A stretch of DNA of 64,000 bases from Octopus bimaculoides (lineage: Eukaryota), in the NCBI RefSeq assembly GCF_001194135.2, contig NC_068989.1, forward strand, positions 50,450,901-50,514,900, given 5' to 3'. This document shows, one piece after another, positions 13,235 to 23,944 of the stretch (position 1 is its first letter; each line of letters opens with the position of its first letter). The translations under genes were made by a program, and so were the position numbers. Below the pieces are notes generated by a model. It worked only from the letters and a program-made list of their open reading frames with translations, was not told the origin of the DNA and searched no databases.

Positions 13235-14100
13235 GTATATAAATAGACACACCATAAAGCACCGTATTATATTTATTTTAACTTGAAAGTGTTCACATTT
13301 TTTAATAATTGAAATTTTCATGTTTCACATTCTAAATGTGATTACCACATACAAAAGAAGCCTTGGAAATGTCCGAATTTCAAAGAAGCCATATTGTGGG
13401 TCAATCTGAAAGTGAATTTAGCGTAAAATCACAGAAAAACCTTGGGATCCTGCGTTCTACAGTTAATAGAGAGATTGTGAAATTCCCCAGAGAGGAGAAG
13501 GAGTTTACATCACCTCACCCAGGTCGACCAGAGACCTCTGCCAAGACTCTTCGCTTCATTAAGAGGATAATCCTTATTGCAAGGCCTCTGACATAGCAGA
13601 ACAAGTTGATGTCAATCCCAGAGTAGCTATCGAATATCTCCACAAATTTGGTTACTTTGCCAGAGCAGCAAGAAGGAAACTACTTCGATCAGCCAATATC
13701 CAGCGGAGAAAGGATTGGATCAGGGAGATGGTGGAAGAGCCACTAGCATTTTAGGACACTGTCATATTCTCCGATGAGTTCACATTTACTCTATGTCCTG
13801 ATACCGGTCGAGTGAGGGTCTGGAAACTCTTTGATCAAGAATTTGACGTGAACAGGGTGAAGCCAACAATGAAACACGGCAGTTATTCAGTGATGTCTGG
13901 GGAGCGATTTGGAGCAATGGACGATAAGAGCTGATGGAGTGTGAAGGAAACACATTGTACAAAGGAGTTCCAATATCCAGTGGTGAAGTTATTAAAAGCG
14001 ACTTTATTTATGGAAGATGGGGGTCTTTGTCACATGGCTAAACAAGATTGGTTGAAAGCGAATGACATTAAATAGCTTCCATGGCCAAGCTAGTCACCAT
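13235..14100 (+). mobile_element. Tc1-like transposon, family A, degraded
   Basis: MEMSEFQRSHIVG..GRP HTH start, DTVIFSDEF, MKHGSYSVM, FMEDGG, LPWPS*SP. Shares the aaatagacac end motif with 27712 and 56367. Confidence 0.85.
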
Positions 14101-14132
14101 ATATAAGGTCAATTCACACACACACACACATG

Positions 14133-14198
<66 letters not shown>

Positions 14199-15158
14199 NN
14201 NNNNNNNNNNNNNNNNNNNNNNNNNNNNNNNNNNNNNNNNNNNNNNNNNNNNNNNNNNNNNNNNNNNNNNNNNNNNNNNNNNNNNNNNNNNNNNNNNNNN
14301 NNNNNNNNNNNNNNNNNNNNNNNNNNNNNNNNNNNNNNNNNNNNNNNNNNNNNNNNNNNNNNNNNNNNNNNNNNNNNNNNNNNNNNNNNNNNNNNNNNNN
14401 NNNNNNNNNNNNNNNNNNNNNNNNNNNNNNNNNNNNNNNNNNNNNNNNNNNNNNNNNNNNNNNNNNNNNNNNNNNNNNNNNNNNNNNNNNNNNNNNNNNN
14501 NNNNNNNNNNNNNNNNNNNNNNNNNNNNNNNNNNNNNNNNNNNNNNNNNNNNNNNNNNNNNNNNNNNNNNNNNNNNNNNNNNNNNNNNNNNNNNNNNNNN
14601 NNNNNNNNNNNNNNNNNNNNNNNNNNNNNNNNNNNNNNNNNNNNNNNNNNNNNNNNNNNNNNNNNNNNNNNNNNNNNNNNNNNNNNNNNNNNNNNNNNNN
14701 NNNNNNNNNNNNNNNNNNNNNNNNNNNNNNNNNNNNNNNNNNNNNNNNNNNNNNNNNNNNNNNNNNNNNNNNNNNNNNNNNNNNNNNNNNNNNNNNNNNN
14801 NNNNNNNNNNNNNNNNNNNNNNNNNNNNNNNNNNNNNNNNNNNNNNNNNNNNNNNNNNNNNNNNNNNNNNNNNNNNNNNNNNNNNNNNNNNNNNNNNNNN
14901 NNNNNNNNNNNNNNNNNNNNNNNNNNNNNNNNNNNNNNNNNATATATAGATAGTTTCAACATTTTTAGCTGCTATTTCTGAACTTCGGTATGTGGTGAAG
15001 CAACCTGTTTGCTGAACCCTTAATTTTGTTTATAAATGTATAAGAACTTTTAAATAAGTTCCACACCGATAATGGTGCTTACATACCGATGGGCTTGGTA
15101 AAAATTATTAATTATTAATTTATTAATAAATTGATAATCCTTTACCCTTTTAATTGTA

Positions 15159-15190
<32 letters not shown>

Positions 15191-16520
15191 CAGCGTATTT
15201 TAACATCGGAAGCATGTAATGATTAGCTTTTTCCATGCCCCATTCTTGTTTCGCACAAAAACGTATTAAGCCTCATAATGACATATAAGTATATGGGTGC
15301 ACATTCACAACGATTTGTTAATTTAGCTTGAACAGCATATTAAACTTATAAATTTGCATATAAATTGCCAAAGATATGCTATTTCCATTAATGACAGCTA
15401 AAATATTCATTTAGAATGTTATTACACAATGTTTCAGGTGCTGTGTGCTTAATTACTCAGAGAGTTAGCTACGTTATATGAGGACACACCGTGCTGGTAC
15501 CAGCGCATCCAAATTTAACAACTTTTACGTCGACACTATGCTGCGCTTTGGTAATTGCCTCTCAATAAATTATTCAAACATTGCATTACTTCTTCTTTCA
15601 TAGCACTTTAGTCTTCAAATGGGATTAGTTTTGTTAATTCTCTTTTCATTCTACGAAGGCAAGGGATTACACTGTATTGAAAGGAAAAGACCAACCAAGG
15701 GTATAATCCAAGGTATTCCGTTTCTTGTATATTAGCTTGTGGATAACAGATGGGGATATAATAAGTATTTGAAATGATGTTATCTGATTCACATAAGACG
15801 TTGGTAATAGTCCCTTGAAAATTATAAGAATTTTACAATCAATTGTAATTGTACATATGAAATACAATATCGCATACTAGAAGGTTCTTCTTGCTTTTCC
15901 CTTTACTTTTACAATGGTTTTCCAACTTGATATTGTATATTCCTCGTTCTTTGTTTTATAAGTTCAATATGCTTTGTATTAGGAAAAATGCGTCGCAAGA
16001 TATGAAACAAGATACAGTGCAATAACATACACCTTATAACTTCGTGTCTTCAAACAGATTCCAAACGATGTACCTTCTGCGATTCCCCAGGACCGAATGA
16101 GTCGATCTCTAATTCTTAATTCTGGTTTCTGTTGAAATAAATGAAAAACAAATCAACATTTCAATATTACTCATATCGCCTGTAGATCAATGGTTCGTAA
16201 TTTCCCTGCAAGAGCAGTTGGTTTCGACATTGCAGAGTAGCATAACGTGTTTAGTGTATATCATTGGCATTGCTTCAACTAGTGAGCTATACTATTTTAT
16301 GTATTTTTAACTTAGTTCATCTTACTGGGTTGGACTGTTCATTGGTTAATAACATTACTATAAAAGCTGCTGAGTGACATTAATTTCGTATAAAATACCA
16401 ACATTTCAGCTAACAGGTCAGTAACCGAATGATTCGATCAAATGCAATTCTGCAATATCACTTCCGTATCAATGAGAAAAAGAATATGTGATTGTTATCC
16501 CTCAACAAAAGTAATGATTT

Positions 16521-16563
<43 letters not shown>

Positions 16564-16968
16564 CTTCGGCCGATCAGTAGCCAAAGAAACAGATTTCAAC
16601 TCAAACCAGCAGTAACTTTCCTTGTTTTTAGTCCCAGATCTCTTGAATTCAACTATTCTACTATTTTGCTATCATGAGAGGATAAACTTACACAAATGTA
16701 TATACAACCTGGGGAAACAGATATGAACCAAATCTAAACCCAAGATTAGTTCTAAAACTAGTCCTGCGAATCAATTATTTTCTCTTGATTTGTATTAAAC
16801 ACACTGCTCCTTCTGATTTGTACTAAATACACTGAACTCTCTCACACACACCCAGATACAGCCACGCATTTCCGAATATATTGACACAAACCTTTCCGCG
16901 GTGCATTCACTATTCTACATCAAGTCATCAATAACTGACGTACAGTGTATAATACTGTCCCACTGAAT

Positions 16969-18059
16969 ATGGCCAATAATATTCTAAAACGCCACTGGGT
17001 AGAAAACGAAATCAGTGCATTGATAGACGCCTGGTACACTCACCATAACGATTGTGTAAGAGCTAATGTCTACGGTAAAATCGCTGAAAAATTAGCGTCA
17101 CAATCCTTTTACAGATCTGTAAAACAGATAGAAAACAAAATAAAAGAAATCACAAGATCATTTCATACTTTACACAAGCACATGGCAACACTAGAAGACA
17201 TACTTGTCAATGGATGTAGTGCATCAACTGACTCAACTCCAACAGGTCAGGGGTCACCTCAACGTCTCGGTAGCCAGCAACAAACAACATCCTCATTGAT
17301 ATCGATATCTGACCTTATTCCACCCAACACTACCGTGGCAAGCCAGGACTCACTATCACAACAACAGAAGCCTGCTACTACTACTACATTGGAAGCACCT
17401 TGTTTGGCACCACCATCCGACCTGATTCCACCCAGCCCTACTGTTGCAAGTCAAGTTTCACTAACGCTACAACAACAACAACAACAACAGTCTGCTTGTG
17501 CTACTACAATAGGACCACTGACCAACGAGCCTGCCAATATAGAAAAACCTATACTCTGCCTACGTCAACAACCCCTTCGTTACCATTTTCAAGGTAACTG
17601 TAGATTTGGCCCCGGTGGCACCAACAACAAGGGACGCTGTACTTTTCTCCATCCTACCTTATGCGGTAGACTTGTTAAGGGCACCTGTCCATATTGTATA
17701 ACGACAAAAATTGTCCTCACCTCCACTTGAAATACTGTCCTAAATACAGAGTCCATGGTACTGATTCTAATTATGCATGCACAAAGGGAAATGGGTGCAC
17801 CGTCTTCCATCCTAAACTGTGCCACAATTCTGTGTCACTAAGGACGTGCTTGAACCCAGAATGCAACCACCACCATCTGAAGGGCACAAAACGATCGAAA
17901 AATAAATATAAACAGCAACAGAGCAGACCTACGACAACAACAAAAACATTACAAAAATACAACCACATTTCACCTCCTACAACCAAACAACGAAGACAGA
18001 ACTCTGGAAAAATCACAACACCAAATAACATAAATTTGAACTATGTATCCTTTGAATAA
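16969..18059 (+). pseudogene. LINE ORF1-like protein: Myb/SANT (trihelix)-like domain, S/T/P/Q linker, tandem Cys/His fingers; one frameshift near 17695 and a stop at 18057
   Basis: WVENEISALIDAW..VYGKIAEKLASQSFYRSVKQIENKIKEI, then CRFG..CTFLHPTLC..CP/..CPHLHLKYC..CTKGNGCTVFHPKLC..CLNPECNHHHLKGT. Confidence 0.7.
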
Positions 18060-18299
18060 GTGGTAAACCAAACAGGTAACACTTTTTTACTAACTTATCT
18101 CGAAAATATGAAGGCCGACCTAAGCCAGGAGATCCAACGAGCTATCAGCAACTATTTATGCAAAACACAAGGCACACCCACCTACCACCAACTAGAAAAT
18201 CATACACACACAGCTCCATACAAAAAACTACCCTCATTGCTAAATCTGAACAATATAAACCATAACTTAGAGCAATTCAAACATCAAACTACCCTTACC

Positions 18300-18670
18300 T
18301 CAACATTCCTATTAAATGTACGTGGCCTCAACCCATCACTCATTGCCCAAAAATGGAAGATCCCATATATAGAGAGTTCGCTTGCCGAAACGGCACATTG
18401 CTTCCCTTTCTTTATCCTTACTAAAACTCACCTAAACAGCACACATGGATGCCGAGGTGAAAATAAAAGATTTCCCCATCGTCCGTACAGCTCGCACAGA
18501 CGAAATAAAGTCGGGAACAACCATCTTTCTCTATGACTCCTTTTCAGTTGATGCCAAGGACATATCTTCCAATGGCTATTGTGAATCTATATCACTATTC
18601 AACAAGGCAAAAGACGTAGTAATTGTTGGTCTTTACAGGCCTCCCCAAGCACCTCTAAAGTGCTTTGAAC
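18300..18670 (+). pseudogene. Apurinic-like endonuclease domain (LINE ORF2 N-terminus), frameshifted
   Basis: NVRGL, xTxTHL, DAEV.I, YRPP motifs across two frames. Confidence 0.8.
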
Positions 18671-18920
18671 NNNNNNNNNNNNNNNNNNNNNNNNNNNNNN
18701 NNNNNNNNNNNNNNNNNNNNNNNNNNNNNNNNNNNNNNNNNNNNNNNNNNNNNNNNNNNNNNNNNNNNNNNNNNNNNNNNNNNNNNNNNNNNNNNNNNNN
18801 NNNNNNNNNNNNNNNNNNNNNNNNNNNNNNNNNNNNNNNNNNNNNNNNNNNNNNNNNNNNNNNNNNNNNNNNNNNNNNNNNNNNNNNNNNNNNNNNNNNN
18901 NNNNNNNNNNNNNNNNNNNN

Positions 18921-18964
<44 letters not shown>

Positions 18965-19610
18965 TGCCAGGTCAATCTTAAGCGCCACGGGTAACATGTA
19001 ACCCAGTACAACTTATTGCATGGTCGGGTCGTTGGCCATTAAACTGGCAACTCCACCAGGCTTACTTGGTGTGGAGGGTGATTATTGGATGCCCTGCAGG
19101 ACGAAAACTAAGACCTGTCAAAGAGCGGAAGAGCTCCTGTGTCGTCAACGGCCACCCAAAATTATGTGCACAAGGGTATTTGTGTGTATGTACGTATGTG
19201 TGTATATTTGTATATATTTAATTTATATCGTTTTATATGTTGTATCATTGTCTTTATCTACATCTTTTTATATATTCATATATATTTTATGTAATTATAT
19301 ATATATCTTTTTATTTTATTTATCTAAATAACATTTTTAAATTGTAAAAGTTTCAAACTATATATATACGTATGTGTATATATATANNNNNNNNNNNNNN
19401 NNNNNNNNNNNNNNNNNNNNNNNNNNNNNCTGTGTCGTCAACGGCCACCCAAAATTATGTGCACAAGGGTATTTGTGTGTATGTACGTATGTGTGTATAT
19501 TTGTATATATTTAATTTATATCGTTTTATATGTTGTATCATTGTCTTTATCTACATCTTTTTATATATTCATATATATTTTATGTAATTATATATATATA
19601 TATATATATA

Positions 19611-20460
19611 TAGGGCTTGGACAAAATAATGGAAACACCTTAAAATTTGAAATAAATTTACTTTAATATGCAGTAGGACTGCCTTTGGCAGTAATTACAG
19701 CTTGAATTATTCGAGCTATGGACACGTACAAACTTTGAATTGTTTCCAAAGGAATTTTTGTCCATTCTTCAGCTAAAACAGTCTCCAGTTCTTGTAGTGA
19801 TGATGGTGGAGGATATCGGCTCCCTACATGTTTTTTTTCTAAATTGCACCATAAATGTTTAATAATATTGAGATCTGTGGCCAGATAATATGTTCACCTT
19901 CACTAGAATGTTCCTTATCTATTCAGTAACAACTTGAGCTGTGAGGGAAACTCAGTCTTTCAGGATGATATCCTGAAAGACTGAGTTTCCCTCCGGAAAC
20001 AGTTCCGCAAATATATGATGAATTTGATTAGATAAAAGGCTAAAATAGTCTTGGCTATTAATTCTACAATGAAGGGAAACCATTGGGCCAGCAGATTTCC
20101 AAGATATAGCTCCCACCAGATCATGACATTCTCCTTCATGTTTAACACTTGGAAGAAGTCAGTCTGGGTCAAACGCTTCTTTTGGCTGTCCTCACACGTA
20201 TACTCGGCCGGTGGTCAGAAATAATCTAAAGGATGACTCGTCCGATAAAATAACAGTTTTACATTGTTATAGGAACCAGTTCTATAGTATTTTACTCCAC
20301 TCTAAGTGGTCACAACGCGCTTTACATCGTTTCAACTTCTGAACGATGGTACCCTGCTGGTTAAGCGTGCAGGTAAAATAGTACCAGACATCTTGCAATA
20401 TTTATCACTCGTGACCGACAGAATGTTAAAAGTGCTTCACAAGCTTTTTTCACACTAAAT
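19611..20460 (-). mobile_element. Tc1-like transposon, family B, 3' part with TIR
   Basis: The end gggcttggacaaaataatggaaacacc is the reverse complement of the 26640-26670 end. Minus strand reads SDESS..TGRVYV..QPKEAFDPD..AISWKSAGPMVSLHCRINSQDY..LNIIKHLWC. Confidence 0.85.
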
Positions 20461-20687
20461 ACAACGATGTACAGATGTCTCATTAACATTTCTTTCATTT
20501 CTTGCTCCGTTCTGTGTTTTCTAAAATCCTATGTTGATGGATGTGTGGCGTGAAAATTTATATCCTCGCAAATTCAAGGATGAAAATATACCTGAACAAT
20601 CAGAGATGGCCATTATCTGACAAGGTATGGAAGTCATTGTATTTATATATACATGCATACACACACAAACACACACACACACACACA

Positions 20688-20730
<43 letters not shown>

Positions 20731-22933
20731 ACATATATATACATATATATATATATGTATGAGTGTGTGTGTATGTCTGTTTCTTCTGTATTTAGCGATT
20801 TAAATTCTTCCTCTGAAAGAGCTGGTTTGTTATAAAAATATTAAGCACCATCTTTGGAATATGGATAACGGAAAGAATGTCGCATTTTAAATCTGAGAAC
20901 CCCCCACACACGCACACACACACATACAAACATCCAGGAACGGATCCTGTTCCATTTATAAGACTAAATGTCGAGATAGTATTATTATTCTGATAGAAAT
21001 TGAAAAGTAAATAAAAAAGTGTTAACATGATTAGCAGAGAAATTTTCTCTTCCAATTTCAAACGGCTAATCTGAAAGAGTGTGAATAACATAGGTTTCTG
21101 GAAAATCAGATTGAAACACGTATTTCAAGTTAATGGGCTGCAAGGAATTTAATTGTATTTAATTCATCAATTCTTTTTTATGTCGAAATAAAGCCAGCAA
21201 GTTTTATTTTCATTTAAACTAGAAGTAAATTTAAATCCACAGGTGTGATATACAAGTGGTTTATCCATTGACATTAATAATACAGATGTTAGATGGAAAT
21301 ATATCGAATTTAATGGCACCATCTTATCTCCTCGACTATTGCAGTTCTTCAAAATTATAAAGAATATAAACATCGATAAAGTCATGTGATCTTCAAAAAT
21401 TGATTAATATTGATAACTACGTATATAAATACCAGAGATCTTGAAAGTGCTACATGCAACGGTATTAAACCTTCTACTTGATAAACAATTCAGTATTATC
21501 TATAGTGATGTCAAACGAATTTTCTTGAAGCTTATAGCACATTTCGATCAAAAGTAGTCGAGAGAAAAGTTCTGAACACTTGATATATCCATTATAATAT
21601 TTGAAAGATATTGGCCACCTGTCACCCAAATCGACTTTAGTGCTAATCAACGTTGTAGTTCAATAATCTTTAAAATGATTAAGACAGATTTTGGATTGTG
21701 TGTTGCGTTAGTTTAAAGTTTACATCGGTTAAGAACTGCACTAGACATTACAGGTCGAAACCCTTGTCGTAACATAGCAATGATTCAATATGTAATTTGC
21801 AAAAGGGATATATAAATATTTCGTGATTCAAATTTAACGCAAGCTGATTTCCTTCTTTAGAATATGTTTAGGTCACATACTAGTAAATTTGTCTGCAAGC
21901 TTAATTAGACTATAAATCAATTTTTTGGCCTCTGAATATATTTATTATTCTAAATACTCATCGTCTCTGTATCACACAGATCGTTTCGAGATGTATGTCT
22001 TAGAAACAATTTCGACTGCTTAACCTTTTATCTTTCACTACAACAATTAATCAAATTATATGTTATAGAGAATTGATGTGCTTTATAGTAGCCAAGAAAT
22101 AATTATAGTGTTTTATAATTTCCTGTAAGCAAGTCAAAATTAATTTGGAATATAGTAGGCGAAAACGTCAAAGAATATAGAGGACGAATTAGTTTCTCTA
22201 TTACTTTGTCCAGTGAAAAAAATATATTCCCGAGCAGTAATGTAAATCACTGCAGTATAAAACCTTTTGAATTTAACAAATTTTAGATTAAACAAGATGA
22301 CAAAGACCAAAAGGTCAACTTCACAAGTTTTTGTATTCTGCTTCATGTTGGTTCCATTAAATTAAATTTAGTAGATTATGTTGAGCAGTGATGTTACAGA
22401 TTCTAAAGCAGCAAAAGGTACCGCTGAATTAAAAGATCTGAGATGATAACTCTGTGTCGTCTGATAACTTTTTATTTCAGAAACAATCCATCCGTTCAGT
22501 GAGCCCACTCTTTGAGTCAAAGCAGTATGTGAACGCGGTAATCCTCCTCTTGACATCCGCAGATGACACCACACGGCTTTCTCTTTATAATATCAAAAAG
22601 ACGCAAGGAGAACCAAAATAAATATTAATATTATATCAACAACCTGCCACTCAAAAGTGATACGATTTGTCTCAACAAAACTGTCAGTGAAACAACTTCT
22701 TCGCTCGATTACATGAAAAACAGTTGTAAAAAAATTCAAGTGGAAACGTAGTAAATTGTCAATGGACACCAACGAAGATAAGCCCATCTTTTAAATAGGT
22801 TCATATGTGTGCATGTTTGTGTCTGCGTGTGCATATGTGCGTGAGTGCATGTGTTTATGTGTGTGTATGAGAGTGCTGAACCGGTAATCGCTACACATAT
22901 TTTCTATCTCCACTTTTTTTCTCTTAATCTTTT

Positions 22934-23052
22934 CTGTCAAAGAGCGTAGGTTCGAAACGTAAAATACTTTTCTAATCTTCCTGAGCGTTAGCTTAATACA
23001 CCTGCTTGTTGTTCCTACACCTGTCACCGTCTATTGTTTTCTGTAAATTTGA
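22934..23052 (+). repeat. Dispersed repeat resembling a Penelope-type terminal repeat with degenerate hammerhead core
   Basis: gagc-gtag-gttc-gaaacgta stem II + GAAA; homologous to the reverse of 55955-56061. Confidence 0.45.
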
Positions 23053-23944
23053 GCTATATATATATGTATATATANNNNNNNNNNNNNNNNNNNNNNNNNN
23101 NNNNNNNNNNNNNNNNNNNNNNNNNNNNNNNNNNNNNNNNNNNNNNNNNNNNNNNNNNNNNNNNNNNNNNNNNNNNNNNNNNNNNNNNNNNNNNNNNNNN
23201 NNNNNNNNNNNNNNNNNNNNNNNNNNNNNNNNNNNNNNNNNNNNNNNNNNNNNNNNNNNNNNNNNNNNNNNNNNNNNNNNNNNNNNNNNNNNNNNNNNNN
23301 NNNNNNNNNNNNNNNNNNNNNNNNNNNNNNNNNNNNNNNNNNNNNNNNNNNNNNNNNNNNNNNNNNNNNNNNNNNNNNNNNNNNNNNNNNNNNNNNNNNN
23401 NNNNNNNNNNNNNNNNNNNNNNNNNNNNNNNNNNNNNNNNNNNNNNNNNNNNNNNNNNNNNNNNNNNNNNNNNNNNNNNNNNNNNNNNNNNNNNNNNNNN
23501 NNNNNNNNNNNNNNNNNNNNNNNNNNNNNNNNNNNNNNNNNNNNNNNNNNNNNNNNNNNNNNNNNNNNNNNNNNNNNNNNNNNNNNNNNNNNNNNNNNNN
23601 NNNNNNNNNNNNNNNNNNNNNNNNNNNNNNNNNNNNNNNNNNNNNNNNNNNNNNNNNNNNNNNNNNNNNNNNNNNNNNNNNNNNNNNNNNNNNNNNNNNN
23701 NNNNNNNNNNNNNNNNNNNNNNNNNNNNNNNNNNNNNNNNNNNNNNNNNNNNNNNNNNNNNNNNNNNNNNNNNNNNNNNNNNNNNNNNNNNNNNNNNNNN
23801 NNNNNNNNNNNNNNNNNNNNNNNNNNNNNNNNNNNNNNNNNNNNNNNNNNNNNNNNNNNNNNNNNNNNNNNNNNNNNNNNNNNNNNNNNNNNNNNNNNNN
23901 NNNNNNNNNNNNNNNNNNNNNNNNNNNNNNNNNNNNNNNNNNNN

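Larger units (their letters stand above)
16561..18670 (+). mobile_element. 5' part of APE-type LINE: 5'UTR + ORF1 (Myb/SANT-like + CCCH-like fingers) + start of endonuclease; runs into gap
   Basis: Starts after (TA)n. ORF1 features are given in the next entry. Downstream TFLLNVRGL..ILTKTHL..DAEVKIKDFPIVRTART..SNGYCE..VVIVGLYRPP is a typical AP-endonuclease motif series. Confidence 0.8.

Noticed and set aside
19040-19135. Twister ribozyme fit (aactccacc..cagg/cctg..gcggaagag)
   Set aside because: The loop lacks the conserved CCYAAGC and the pseudoknot pairing with the 3' purine tract; kept only as an unassigned motif.
19138-19610. ~190-bp direct repeat on either side of a short gap
   Set aside because: Identical sequence flanking an N-run is typical of unmerged overlapping contig ends, not a real duplication.
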